Assembly: GCA_951406725.2 (NCBI GenBank)
Contig: OX597814.1
Coordinates: 38,006,001-38,070,000, forward strand
Direction: 5' to 3'
DNA: 64,000 nt
DNA from: Octopus vulgaris
Lineage: Eukaryota
Shown here: one piece after another, positions 14,184 to 28,614 of the stretch
Layout of the letters: the number at the start of each line of letters is the position of its first letter
How positions within the stretch are numbered: the stretch's first letter is position 1
Notes under the pieces: model-generated
Told to the model about the DNA's origin: nothing
The model's input: the letters and a program-made list of their open reading frames with translations, nothing else
Databases searched by the model: none
Position numbers and translations under genes: made by a program

Positions 14184-14282
14184 TGTATGTATGTATGTAT
14201 GTATGTATGTATGTATGTATGTATGTATGTATGTATGTATGCATGTATGAATGTATGCATGTATGAATGTATGCATACATAT
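14105..14282. repeat. (TATG)n microsatellite
   Basis: Direct inspection. Confidence 0.95.
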
Positions 14283-14939
14283 ATAAGGAAAGACAAAGAT
14301 GAGGAGGAAACAGAATGAAGAACATAGTGACATAATGAATAGGAATATGTGAAGAAATCGATAAAAAATTTATTTGATTAATCAAGTATGAAAAATAACT
14401 GAAACTTGTGATAAAAAAACGAAAAACATAGAAAGCAAAAAAAAAAAACAACAAATTAAGTGAGAAATTTGAAATATGGGGAAGGGAGGGCTTATTTATA
14501 AGGTTGATGAAGGGACAAAAGCAAAAGAGTGAATATGGGAATGAGGATAGTAGCGGAATATAATTTATGTTGGATGGGTCTAATTTTCACGTGTTGCTTT
14601 GAACGGTAATAATAGGGAGAAGGTAACAGTCTCACTGGCGATGACTGTCTATCAAATAACTGTTTATTATGATCTTAAAAAAATACGGACGATGAATTGT
14701 TGCTGGTATCATAGGAGGATTAAAAACAGGTATAGAGAAATGGAAGAAATATTTTCAGTAATATTGTTAATTCATCCTTGTTTTAATTTTCTTCCTTCAC
14801 CAGTAGTAATAGTATCGGTAGAGAAGAAGCTGATCTGCATGGTGCGTAATTAAAGAAAGATCAGATTAAAATATAGTATATGAAAGAAATACCCAAAGAG
14901 TTGTAATTTCATTTATCATTTGCATATATTTTTCTTTAA

Positions 14940-15125
14940 TAATTTCCTTAATCGTGTTTTCTCTCTCCTGACAATTTTAATTCTATTATAGCTAGAACCC
15001 CTCAAATCTAATTTCACCTTATTTTAATCCCGTCCTGCGTCTATCGCATCTTCTTTGCCGAAGGTGTCATCAGCACACACGTACACATCACGTTATAAAG
15101 ACGTTCTTTCCAGCAGTGGATTCAA
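14940..15125 (+). repeat. Unclassified dispersed repeat, copy 1 (copy 2 at about 24360-24535)
   Basis: Shared tcctgacaattttaatt..ctagaac..taatttcac..ttttaatc..cgtctat..ttctttgccgaa..ttataaag.cgttctttc. Confidence 0.65.
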
Positions 15126-15875
15126 TACTATCGTTCTTCTATTAATGTGGCAGTTTGAGATTCTGTAGTCAAAATTTTACACCTGCTGTAGAGACCGAAA
15201 TACTTCTCACATTTAATTGCCCATAATTTTCTTCTTAACTGGATCTCAAAATCTCAATCTTCTTTCATTATTTATTTTCCGTTGTCTTATGCCCTTCAGG
15301 TCTGTGCAACAGAGCATTCCAACCAAACATTGTTTCCATTCTCTATCTCGTATTTCCCGTATTCCTCCCAGTAAATTCCTCCTAAAATTTTCCGCCCTTA
15401 AAAGCTTTATTTCTCACTTGTTTGGGCTTCTTCATTCCTTCTATTTACCTGCCCTTTCTCGCTTCATTTTTCTATCTCTATTACTGTCTGTCTCTCATCT
15501 CTCCCCTCTCTTTCTCTCTCTCTCTTCTTGTCTGTTATTCTGTTTCTCTCTGTCTCTATCTCTCTCTGTCCATCTGTCTGATTGTCTGTCTCTCTGTCTC
15601 TGTCTCTCTCTCCCTCTCTCTCGCACTCTCCTTACTTCTGCTGCACACTCTGCTTTCTTCATCTGTAGCATGATATATATAAATGCATTCCATTAACAAT
15701 ATATTTCTGACTCTTTTTTTTGTCTAGCGATTCTTATCGCTTATGTATTCCGTGCTGAAATATATACTGTGAACATGTAAATGAATTTATGACAAATTTC
15801 TTTATAACTTAGAGTAGTTTCTCGTTCGTGGATGACAATACCTAACAGATGAGCACGAAACCACTTATCTCTCCC

Positions 15876-15915
<40 letters not shown>

Positions 15916-16543
15916 CCTCTCTCATTCTTCATGGTTTCCTCACAACCATTCCCCTTCTTCTCTCCCTTTATTTTGCCCCTCCTCCCCCCTCCCGTCGTTG
16001 ATCCGCGACGAGACTTCCGCTACTGTCTTTGCTAGCCTAACCTTCTCGAGGTGTGGACGGCAATTCTTTTTGTTCCGTTCGTCGTTCACAGAAATCAATG
16101 TTCGTAATACTTATTTTCGTTCGGCATTAACAGCCCTTCTTATCTTGTTTTTCATTGTCCTGTATTTTACTGCTTATATTTTGTACTGTCGTTACTGTCC
16201 TGGTTTTGTAACCATTTTTACCCCTCTGCGAAAAGATCTCAAATTTTAATTGATTTGCTTTTCGCAGGAAGGACAGTTTCTTATCGAAGATACGTCTCGC
16301 CTTCACCTTCGAAACGTAGAGTAGATGAAACCATGGCGACTGAAGAAGGGTTTTTTTCTTTGTGTTAATTGTCCTGTAACCTATTTTTGTGTTGTTTAAA
16401 ACAATGTCTAGTTCCTTGGGTTTGTGTCTATGTTTTCGTTTCTCATTGTGTTCGACGTTTTTTTGGTGTCGTGTACTCATATATGCGTGTATATATACAT
16501 GTAGAGGTAGGTACGTACATATATGTTTATATATATGCATAAG

Positions 16544-16611
<68 letters not shown>

Positions 16612-16689
16612 ATATATATATATGTATATATATAAATTTACATTGCAAATAACACACACTCACTATTTTTTATTCACTTGTTTATTACT

Positions 16690-17130
16690 CTAATTTTGTT
16701 TCTTTATCTTAACGCCTGTCCGGTGTCCGGAAACCTTTCGCCATACATCTGTGACCTCTTCAGCGGCACGTTTCATTCCGTGTGTGTTCCTGCTCTACTT
16801 ACTCTATTCTGTTATTCTAAGATTTGTACCCTTAGGTGCTCAGATAATTGTGTCCTTGTTTATGTGTACGTGTGCGCGCGTAAGTATGTGTGTGTGTGTG
16901 TTCATACGTTTTAGCAGCGGCGTGGCCTTCCTCTCAGCTCCAACCTGTCATCATATTGTATTACTTCTGACCTAAGACCTGACAAAAAAAAAGCTACAGT
17001 TTCTGCATTCCTCTGTGTATGTGTGTTCGGCTACGGGGTTGACATCGTGGTACTTTTCGTAGTTATTGCTATCGTCGGCAACCTCACTACTGCTGACTCT
17101 GTTAGCTGTTTTGTTGACATCCTACGGCCG
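16690..17130 (-). mobile_element. PLE pseudo-LTR-like repeat with an HHR (16727-16766)
   Basis: Minus strand: ccg CTGAAGA g-gtca..tggc GAAA ggt TTC cgg; homologous to 7640-8190. Confidence 0.6.
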
Positions 17131-17312
17131 TCCATGTCCTTTCATGTGTTGGGGGTGGTGGCGTAGTTTGCTTCGTATTTATCCATGTCCTTAATATAGT
17201 TTTATTTATATATTTTATTCATCTGCCTTTACTTCATCACAGGTGCAAGGCAGATATTTATATATTTGTTAATTTATCTACTTATATATTTATTTGTTTA
17301 CTTATTTATTTT

Positions 17313-17423
<111 letters not shown>

Positions 17424-17732
17424 TTCTCGTGAGTATCATAAGTAAGAGCATATATGCCTATTGTGTGTATATTATTCTCTATGTGTCTGTGTATTATTTA
17501 CGGATTTTTTGTCTTTTTTCCTTCCCTCTCTCTTCACGTCCCTACTGTATTTAGGCATGTGATGTTGATTGGGGGTAGTTGTTACTGTTCCATTCATGTC
17601 TTCTATTGAGGCTTGGCCTGTCTATTGATATACATGTAGATTCTCTACTCTAAGTCTCGTGTAAGTTCTATGTGTCAATAGTACTTTAGCTACTATGCAA
17701 TTACACGAGCCTCAATATGTATAACGTATACG

Positions 17733-17884
17733 ACAGGGTTCTTTCAGTTTCTGCCTACGAAATGTACTCACAAGACTTCGGTCGGTCGGGGCGATAGAAG
17801 AAAACACTTGCACAAATGCTACGCAGTTGGAGTGGACCATGTGGTTGGGAAGCAAGCCACATACCACGCAGCCACTCCTGCACC
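17733..17884 (-). mobile_element. SINE family A, 5' half
   Basis: Minus strand caggagtggctgcgtggtatgtggcttgcttcccaaccacatggtcc (tRNA-like head) followed by a CORE-like body. Confidence 0.7.
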
Positions 17885-17896
17885 TCACACACACAT

Positions 17897-17954
<58 letters not shown>

Positions 17955-17995
17955 GTGTGTGTGTGTATGTATTTATATATATATATATATATATC

Positions 17996-18028
<33 letters not shown>

Positions 18029-18102
18029 TCATATATATATATTGACAGAAGAAGATAAAAATCCAAGGCAGTAATTAGATTCATAGCATTTATCAAGAAT
18101 AT

Positions 18103-18150
18103 GTCTTACAACTGTTTCCGAAATAATTTATATATCGCTTCATCAGAGAC
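18103..18150 (-). ncRNA. Type I hammerhead ribozyme, intact core, in a pseudo-LTR-like repeat (about 18045-18590)
   Basis: gtct CTGATGA ag-cga..tcg GAAAC agtt GTA agac: helix I gtct/agac, GUA triplet. Confidence 0.65.
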
Positions 18151-18592
18151 GTTGCGAGAAAACTTTCTAGTATTAATTATTGTAGGGAAGATATGAAATG
18201 CAGAGGGAAGTAGGAGAATGAATATTGAATTTAGATACACAATGATATTGTATTTCCAATTCCATTATTAATGTAGAATGTTATGTATAAGTGGTGGAAA
18301 ATTTGAGGAAGGGATGAAAACATTTTCTTGTACCTGGTGTGTGAGTTCCAACGGTAGTTATATTTGTTCATTCCAAGCAGAGAGCCTTGTAAACAGTGTT
18401 GATCAATCGACAGTTTTTTTTTGTGTGTGAATTAAAATGTGTTGGTAGTGTTAATGGATAGATAGAGAGAGGAGAGATGTATGTGATTAGAAAGTGGAAA
18501 AGGGAGGGAGACAACAATGGAATGAAGAAAGAGGGAACGAAAGGAGAGAGGATTTGTAAGCTAGCGGTCAGAATAAAACGATAGGAGGAAGG

Positions 18593-18629
<37 letters not shown>

Positions 18630-20335
18630 CATATATATATATGTCTATATAAATATAAAAAAATATATCATATGTAATATATATATACATCATATATATG
18701 TGTTTGTGTATATGTACATATGTCTAATTATGTGTGTGCTTGTGGTGGCTTAGTGCGTGCTCGAGTGCATTCGTATGAATATATATGTGCGTGCCTGTAC
18801 TTGTATGTATGTGTGAGTGTGTGTGTTTGTGAGTGTGTCCGTGTGTGGGCGTGTATGTTCGTGCGTGCGCGTGTGTCGTATCAGTCAAATAGATCTTGAA
18901 ACACTGCTTCAATGAAAACCTACGTTTTACGCTTCTTTTCACCACAAACACCGTTTATAAAGCAGCAATAATTATCCGCTGATGGATACATATGTTTATG
19001 CAACGCTATGTAATTAAATTACTAAGTCTAAGCACTTCCGTCAGAAATTTCTACTGAATTATAGCCTATGATCTATTTAACTTGTTTGTTGTATCCATCG
19101 TTGTGTGTACCAGAAACATAGAAATAAGACGCAATTCGTAATTCTCTCTTCACACACGGAATAACTGCATCCTAATATTATGAAATGAATTGAAGTATGC
19201 AAAAATATATATTTTAATACAATAAATTTCATCAATAGGCTATATTAACTCTTTCGTTGCTCTGTAATTATTACCACGTACTCAGAGAATAATTTCCAGA
19301 TCTTAGTTGAATTACTAGACCTGGCTATATATTGTTCAATATAGGAATGAGTGAGCCACTTTCTTTATGTTCAAAGTGAAAATGAAGATTGTTTCTCATA
19401 CACACGGTTTCCTTTATGATCCTACGTATTACACAAAAGGAAGTCAGAATGATTAAAGCTGTTATCAGTTTATTGAGGGTAGACTGTGAAGCAGCCATTT
19501 AATAAAATGAGCGTTCGACAATATGCAGCATGATAATTTACCAAATGTAACATCCAACGACAAAGTATTAATTCTGTTGGATTTCCGTAATGGGGAAGTT
19601 CTTGCCTGGGTTTCTTGGTAAAAATAAATAAAAATGAAATACAAATAAAAAAACAAAAAAACAATTGAAACTTGCAACAAGTTTCTCTCGTGTTATTTTA
19701 AATTGAAATTCATGTAAATAGCAGGTTTATTACGATAGGCTTATTGATATCTCTGAATTTGGTCATCTCCTTTCTTTAGAAATTCGACATTTTTTTTTTC
19801 GTTGTCAGTCTCCACTACATTAATATATGGTTCATTTTTTGAGGCTGTAGAATTTGAGAATAATGCACAATATATATTTTGATTACTGGACGTTTGTCAA
19901 CTACTGCTACACGGTTGTAAGTCTTCCACCATGTGATTTTCAATATGCTGCATTAAGAAAACAATTGCAGTAAAATTCAGATCAAATTGTCGGTGATAAG
20001 AGATCTGGTCATTTTTCCTGATATTTACTTGTATGTAGATATTATATCAATTCTATTTTTTATTTAAACGATTATGAGAATATATATACATATGTTAAAA
20101 CTGTATCACATACATAAGTACCAGTAATTCCTAGAATAGAAAAAGAAAAAGAACAGTTTCTTACAGTCATTTCTGCCAGGAGGTCACAATACACCATATG
20201 TTATTCCAATCTATTCAGTGTTCTGTAGTGATCGGTAGATAAAATTATGTATATTGGGTGTGTCTGTAGGCTTTTATCAGAGAGTTTAAATGAGGGTCTA
20301 AAAAGTTTAGAGAGGTATTCTATGTATATATAAAA

Positions 20336-20376
<41 letters not shown>

Positions 20377-20676
20377 AATATATGCATATACACATATACA
20401 TTATGCGTAAGAATCAGTTATTTATCCTGTCATATGCCTTTTCAGTTCTACGAAGTTGTACTCCTCTCAAACGCTGTTGCTTACTTCTATTTTTCTCTTA
20501 TTATTTCTCTTCTTATACACACTTTAAAAGGAATATTGTACTGTACCTACAAGTTCTTGATTTTTATATCTATTTGTGCATGTGTATATGTATATATATG
20601 TATGTGTGTGTATGAGTGTGTGTATATATATATTTATATATACTTACATTAGCTCTTTAAACTGTTTATACATATA

Positions 20677-20739
<63 letters not shown>

Positions 20740-20760
20740 GTATATATATATATAAATATA

Positions 20761-20850
<90 letters not shown>

Positions 20851-21009
20851 CAGTAGTAGACTCACACATATAGATATGTGTGCGAAAATTTCATTTACAT
20901 GCCGATAAGTGTATTCCTATAGATACCAATGTATATATGCATGTTTATAATTATATACTTAAAAATAAATTTTACCGCTATATTCATTTTTATAAGCCAG
21001 ACACTGATA

Positions 21010-22195
21010 TAAACATTTTAGTGATTATATCGTCAATGATCTAACATCACCAGGAAGATATTCAATTGTTGTTAGATCATGTGCACTCTATAAAGCCATT
21101 CATACAGTTCATAATGGAAAAAGAAAAATACAATATGCTAGCCTTCCTGGACGTATTAATAACACGCACCCAGTACAGATTCGGGACATCCGTATACCGC
21201 AAACTGACCTTTACTGGACGATACCTCAACTCCAAGCATTCATATAGTGTCAAGAGAGGGATTGCTCAGTGCCTAAAATATCAGTCCCTAAAATATTAGT
21301 AGCGATCGTGAAAACAACTACTTTGAAATGATCAATCTCAGTAACAATCTATTTAGCAAAGCTACCACAAAAGCATACTCTCAACTCCAGTTATGAAAAA
21401 AAGAGAGGAGGAAACCGATAAGCTGTCCACAGTCTGTCTACACTGTGTGAAAGGCCTCTCCGAAAATATGCAAAAGATTTGCATCCATGTGACATCAGGA
21501 GAGTATTCAAAATTAATACAACACTTCGCAAATATCTCCTTCGTGCAAAGCTACCAATAGAAGAGAATATGACCAAGATCTGGGTCTACCCCATCCCATG
21601 CGGCTGTGGTAAGTTACACAAAGGCGAAGGATGCCGCCCCCTCAAAACAGAGTAACTTCGCAAATCTGTGACACGGGGGAATATTGATAAATCGGGTATA
21701 GCTTCTCATGGATGGGAAAATGGAGACCCTTCCTGGGGATGAAGTTAAAATAATAGACAGAGAACACCATTGAAAAATACGGAAACTGAAAGAAGCAACA
21801 CATATGCTAGGACACGACAACCTCCTAAGCAGACCGAGTGCAGATATGAACAGCATATGGGAAAAGGTATTAAGGAAGGATTCGAGAACATTAGATTTAG
21901 AAGCCCTAAAATTCACTCCGTAATTGCCCGCGGGCATATGGCGGAGTGGTTAAGAGCGCTGGCTAGTAACGCGTTTGATTCCAGGCAGTAACCTTAATAA
22001 TAATAATAATAATTATTATTATTATTATGATAACAACAACAACAACAACATCGAAAAATGCCTTAGTAATGACATCCCAAGTTCGAAATTTGCCCAAGAC
22101 ACCTGATAAATGGTGGAGGATAGATCAGCCGAAACGTTGTGTTAACAACAAACAAGACGAGGAGTAATATTGTAAATAATGTAAATAATGCTCAC
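21010..22195 (+). mobile_element. Decayed 5'-truncated Penelope/Poseidon-like element (RT thumb, GIY-YIG, pseudo-LTR)
   Basis: IQFIMEKEKYNMLAFLDVLI..TSVYRKLTFTGRYLN; VYPIPCGCGKL(H)KGE (GIY-YIG); RKLKEA; HHR-like motif at 22098-22143. Confidence 0.88.
21932..21993 (+). promoter_or_regulatory. tRNA-like Pol III head inside the PLE 3' region
   Basis: A box TGGCGGAGTGG, TAAGAGCG, B-box-like GTTTGATTCC; same position in the second copy at 40159. Confidence 0.6.
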
Positions 22196-23869
22196 AGGTA
22201 CGATTATGTCTCCATCTCAAGACATATAGCTCAGTAATATAATTCATCTTACCACAAACAGAGTAAAAGTCACGTTGTATAGTTCTTCATAGTCAGCACT
22301 AGCACTTCAAAAAAAAAAAAAAAAGAAAGAAAAAGAAAAAAATAACTTGCGCCCCATGTTTTGCTGGCATGTTTCAATTCTGCCAGTAAGAATATTTTAT
22401 CTCCTTCGTTAAAATAAAAGTTTATAATGAAGAGGTAATTCATGGATGAATATCAGTCAGCATTCTTCAGGGAAACAACGTAGTGAGTATGTGTGCAAGG
22501 AAAATATCGTTTTAGAACAGAAATGAAGAATAGAAATATCTACAGTCAATACAATACAAAGCGACATCAGAAATAATATAACTTTATTCAGCTATTCAGA
22601 AAAACAATAAAAATTCCATAAAATCGAATGTAAATGATTCCAGTTTACTTTCCAAAGAAAAATGTCTGTTTTACGATTAACTTAGATGTAAAGCGTCAAT
22701 GTTTCTTTAACCTATATATATCGTGCATAGCAGAAATAATGTAACAGGCTTTGTATATAGTAGATGCAATTAAGTTTTCGTGATCCAGAAATATCAAATT
22801 CTGAATGTAGGAAAAACGCAAGAGATAATTGGATATAAAACTTCTCGTTCACAAAATCGATAGGAAATATAAAGATATTGCATGCACTTTTTAACGTTTT
22901 ATTGCATAATTCATATTTAATAGGAAAAAAAAGAATCATACAAATTGGGCATCTCCCTTACCGTCACCATTTCTCTTATCTCTCTTCTATTCTTTTTTAT
23001 CTCTCTTTATTTGCACACATATACATGGTTATACAGGTAAGCATTCACCCACGCAGACACAGATATTTCCACATGTATATAACTGAACGCAATTTTCTGA
23101 CTTCTTATATATATATAGATATGTGTGTGTATATGTGTGTGTATGCGTGTGTGTGTTTGTGTGTGTGTGTGTGTGTCATTGTGTGTGCATAATATACTTA
23201 GTATATATATATATATAAAAACAAACCCACACACACATGTATGGTTATAACAATATACATGAGTATAGAAAGAAAGAGAGATATACATGTATAGATATAT
23301 CTATATATGTTTGTTTATTAGTGTGTATATGTGCATGTACTTTAACCGATTTCACTTGGTATATTTACCAGTACTGTGGAATTAGTTTCGCTAAGTCAAT
23401 AAGATAGAAATACTTGTCATATAAAACCGCTTATTTTCTTTTCTCTCTTTTCTCAAGGAAATTCTATATTAGCGGTTCTCAAGGTGAGACACACAACGCC
23501 CTCTAGCACACTGTGAGAGTACATTGCATGTGGGACGAGTTTTACTTCAGAATGTAGCCTATGTTAGTTATAAGTAGATATAATCAGTAATATAATTGTG
23601 AATAAATTCTGTCTTATAATTATCCCTATACGTTCATAGTTGGACGCTCTTCAGCGTAGTGCAAATATAAAAACAGTGCAAAAACTGCTACCCATAATAA
23701 ATTATCACAACTGACTATGAATTATAACGTAAACCAGAAACATGTGACATGATGAATTTATCAGCCGCGGCAACATAGATATCTGTCAAATTATCAAAAG
23801 TTTTTAAGTGAATGCCCTTGGCTACGTGTATCCTTTTGCGTAATTGAATGTATTTGAAATCCGTATAGA

Positions 23870-24066
23870 GGGAGGCATGGTCATGTGGCAAGGAGTTGCT
23901 TCTCAACCACCAGGTTCTTGGTTGAGACCTACTACTTGGCACCTGAGGAAGGTCTCGTTTACTCTTGCCTCAGGCCGACTAAAGCATTGTGAGTGAAATT
24001 AATAGGAATCGTATATATGTGAGCGTGTGAATGTGGGTGCATGTGTGTGTGTGTATGTATGTTTTG

Positions 24067-24098
<32 letters not shown>

Positions 24099-24185
24099 AT
24101 GTTGCGTCTGATATTGTCTCGCACCACTGCGTATCTACCGATATTGCAGTGCTTTTGTCACCGTAAATTAGCGGCTCGGCAAAAT
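23870..24185 (+). mobile_element. SINE family A, degenerate
   Basis: tRNA-like head, ggcacctgaggaag..gcctcaggccgactaaagcattgtgagtg body, internal (TG)n. Confidence 0.65.
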
Positions 24186-24867
24186 GATATATTGAAGTAT
24201 AGTGCGTGGATTCCATATATTGCTTCCTCGTGGAAGTAACCGAGGCCTTTATCTATACTAATACGCTTGCCTGTAGCATTAACTACTGTATTACAAAGAG
24301 TAATCCCCCCCCCCAAATAATAATGATGATAATAATAATAATACTTCTTATTTTTAAAATATTTCCTCAACTACATTCTCTCTTTCCTGACAATTTTAAT
24401 TGTATTAAAACTAGAACTCTTCAACTTTAATTTCACTTAATTTTAATCACCTCCTACGTCTATGCATTCTTTGCCGAAAGTTTTATAGGGGCGTCCGTAT
24501 ATATCGTCTTATAAAGCCGTTCTTTCGGGCAATAGTGCTTTTTTCTAGTTCTGTGTTAGGATGAGAGTATAGAAGGAAATTCATTCTAGATCTTTACCCA
24601 GAATTTCTTTCCCGAACACTTCCCATATTTAATTATACATAAATTTGGTGATCTTTAATTGGTCACAATAGTGACCAGGTTAACAAGAAATATGTTGCTT
24701 GCATATACAGATTCAGGCAAATAAATGTCCGTAAACGTGCGGACGGGGGGACACCCACACAAACACACACACACACACAGACATACTTAGAGAGAGAGAG
24801 AGAGTTAAACAGAATGACAGGCAATCAGACAATCAGAGAGACAGGTAAGCTGACATACAGATAGAAA

Positions 24868-24916
<49 letters not shown>

Positions 24917-25537
24917 GAGAGAGATATAAAGATAGATAGACAGACAGATAGATAGATAATGATATAGAATGAAATAATATGCAATACTAAAATGCAGTAC
25001 CCATTAATTGTTTACATCAGTATTCAGGCAGTATTTGAAGCTGTATTTTCTTGAAAAATCAATTCTGAATATTATGCAGTCACAATATATTTCTTAAATG
25101 TTATGTTATATAAAACTTATATATTCAGGAGGACTTTAAACGAATCACTCCGAAGAATTAGTAATATGAAATATAATTCATTTTCTTGTCTTGAATTTAT
25201 ATCACTGCACATACTACAAATGGGCAAGATTCAGAATTTGATTTAACTGTGTCAATCATTGTGTTAAGCATTTACGTTTAAAATTCATCTTTACGTGAGC
25301 ACATGCTTTTAGATACCTATATGTAGTCACTGGGTTACAGAAGTCTGACGAGTGTATAGTGCCAAACCCGTTATTTACTTTATGTAGTGCTCAGCTATCA
25401 TATTTACATAAAATTATCGTATGTGTTGGCACAGAGATACTGTAAGGAATAATATATCTTGCATTGAAGTTGTAGCAGCTATGTTGTATTACCAATAGAT
25501 ATATAAACAAAATGTGAGATTATTTGGAGTCAATCAG

Positions 25538-25838
25538 TCTACTAATAATAAAAGCAAGTTCTCCTTCACGACCGTACGCTTTGAAAAGATGAAAACATAT
25601 TCGTTTACACTTGAGATGATGATATGTTGGCAGACATCATTATATATCTGCTAAGTTGCAACAATATTGGAGATGAACAACATACATAGTTACAATTAAA
25701 ATGGAAATTTTTCCACTTATATGATCTGATGCCACCAGAACCCGACAACGTATTCTTGGTACATCACGCAAAATCCATAAAAACCCGGTGTTACTTATGA
25801 TAAATTAGAAAATACTGAGACCATCGGGTAAAAGCTAA
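25538..25838 (+). mobile_element. Possible decayed non-autonomous Helitron
   Basis: 5' TCTACTAATAATAAAAG start and a 3' cgggtaaaagcta end resembling the hairpin-plus-CTAG terminus; the hairpin itself is poorly preserved. Confidence 0.3.
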
Positions 25839-26847
25839 AATACTTTGAAAATTGCGAAGAAAATAATTATTTCGAATTCCATGTATCTATTTTGTTAAGG
25901 AGAAAATCTAGAGCCATCTGAAACTACGAATACATGATTGATTCCGAAAGAGATAAAATAAGAATATCTGTTGTGTTGATCGTAATAATCTTTTGATAAT
26001 GGATGACTAAATTTTACATATTTGACGTACTATATGATAGCACAAACACTATTAAGATATAATTTATTGAGATTAGGTTCGATTCAGTGAGAAACAGAAT
26101 GATTACAAATATATTTAGTGCCTAAAATAACGTCAGCATTTCAGAAATGTCATGTAGTTTCATAAGTTTTGACATCCGAAAAACTTGCACATCTCTAACG
26201 AGTGTAGGTAAGAGTGAAAGGAAATTTAGAAACAAAAAACGTTTATAGAATGCATGGCGAAAGAAATATTCTGCAAATGTCATATGGAAATACCACATAA
26301 TATTTACCTACAGAATACAAGAAGAAGAAAAGTCAAAAGAATGAAAGATCGGACGCCAATTAAATCTATTATTATGCAGAACGTTAATCGAACAGATTGG
26401 ATAATAGCCTGCTTATGGATTTGACAACATTTATAAAATATCCTATGTTAAACCTAGCGAATTTATCGAACAGCTAAATGCCATGAAAAATTACTTAACC
26501 GAAAATAAGAATGGGGTAGCTCAAATGCAAATTACTTGTCATGCACACGTGCTTTATTATATTACTTTTAATATAATTGATGCACGCAGTAATGACATTC
26601 GAAGAAATTGTTCACAATATATGATTATGATTTTAAATAGTAACGACAGAGGAATACATACATGCATACATACATATGCACGTGTGTGTGTGTGTGTGTA
26701 TGGGTGTGTGTGGGTGTGATATATAAATATATACAGAATATCGAGATATATCTAAAGTATGAAGTTAGCGTATATATTTAAAATATATTTCGTAACTGAT
26801 TATGGAATGGTACATGGCATATAAATTTAGATATTCTTTTCTACTTT

Positions 26848-26915
26848 ACTTAATTCATCGACACCGAAAGGATAAAAGCAAAGACCACCTAGGCGGAATT
26901 TGAACCGTAACCCTA
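26848..26915 (-). mobile_element. SINE family C fragment (other copies 31366-31582 +, 41985-42133 -, 46797-46853 +)
   Basis: Shared gttcaaattccgcc.aggt...ctttgc.ttt.atcctttcgg.gtcgat.aattag motif (B box plus conserved body). Confidence 0.65.
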
Positions 26916-26934
26916 GACCTTGCCACGGCCTTTG

Positions 26935-27855
26935 ACATAGTCGATCATGGGATGATATGTCACATATTGTATCACCTCGGTATTGCAGGTAGACTGGGAT
27001 AGCCGCTGCATGATTTCCTGAAAGGCAGAAGTCATGCTGTGTCAGCAAATGGTTTTCTCACTGAAGTGACACCAACACTCCGTGGATTCCCCGAGTAACA
27101 GAGATGGGACCACAACTGTTTCTGGTTGATCTTTCGGACATTCCCTATGTCACAGTTAGCCACACTCACTAGCTACGCCGATGATACACAATAAACGTTG
27201 GCAGTCATGGATGCTACTATAATCCTAAGATTGCAGACTGATCTGAAAGCAATATATAAATGGACTTATGAGAATAATAGGCAGGTCAATGGCGCAAAAT
27301 TTCAAGCACTCCGCTATCAGCTCACAAACAACAAACAGCTGAAGAATACCGGGCCAGTAAGTATTGTAACCACAGTGTTAGAGTCGCTTCTTAACCTGCG
27401 AATCCACATGAGCAACTACGCAACTTTCTGTGTGCACATGATCTGAGGGATACACTATGCAAATGGGTGGCAGGTGGGATACTTAGATACTCCAGGATCA
27501 GGAACAGAGACGCAAACTTTTGGCTTTGGAGCAAATTTTAACTTAGCTGTCTGGACTGCAGCTACAAACTGTGGTCCCAACAAAGTGTAGAGCTAATTGC
27601 GGAGCTAGAATCGATCAAACATCACTACACAAAGACGATAGACTCAGCAAAACACTTGGGATACTGGGGGAGGTTGAGGGAACTGAGACTCTAATCCCTG
27701 GAGAGCTGGCGCGAGGAATATGATGTGCTATGCAAATGGTAAAAAGTAAAGGGTCTAACTCCAGATTTCGGAACTAAAACGGCCCTGCTGAGTACCAAAC
27801 ACCCCCTCTTCTACATCCATGATATGAACCCGATATTGTAATAGCTTAGGATACA
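26935..27855 (+). mobile_element. Decayed CR1/L2-group LINE RT fragment
   Basis: GPQLFL..SYADDT..LQTDLKAIYKW..NGAKFQALRY..LDCSYKLWS; many stops. Confidence 0.8.
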
Positions 27856-27857
27856 TG

Positions 27858-27975
<118 letters not shown>

Positions 27976-27999
27976 TGGCATATATATATATAGATAGAT

Positions 28000-28044
<45 letters not shown>

Positions 28045-28051
28045 ATAGATG

Positions 28052-28548
28052 GCATGTCAGACCTTGACTACTGGGATAGACTAGATAAACTGAAACTGTA
28101 TTCACTCCAACGACGCCGTGAACGCTACATTATCTTATGATGTGGAACATATTCCATCAGCACTGTCCGAATGATGTTGGCATCACCTTCAAAATACATC
28201 CAAGGCTTGGACCACGTGCCATCTGTCCACAACAAAAATCTAAATCGCATCACATAACGACAATACGGCACAATTATATCACCTCAATTGGACACGCTCT
28301 CTTCAACGTTACACCAGGACACGTCAAAACAGAAACTGACCACACAAAATTCAAGAAGTCTCTGGACAAATTCCTTCAAACAGTCTCGGACAAACCACCC
28401 ACACCCGGATATGTCTCCGCAAACAATAACTCTCTGCTCGAATGGGCCTCGGTGCCCAAATCCTGAATTGAAAGATTTCGCCAAGTGGTGCTATTAAGTT
28501 AGACATGGCCTGGGCAAATACTGGCCAGATTCTTTCTAAGTTATTCTA

Positions 28549-28550
<2 letters not shown>
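28052..28550 (+). mobile_element. CR1-type LINE 3' end (second family)
   Basis: [39 protein letters not shown]; short 3' UTR with a tandem ttctaag tail. Confidence 0.8.
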
Positions 28551-28599
<49 letters not shown>

Positions 28600-28614
28600 T
28601 AATTATGCATATAT

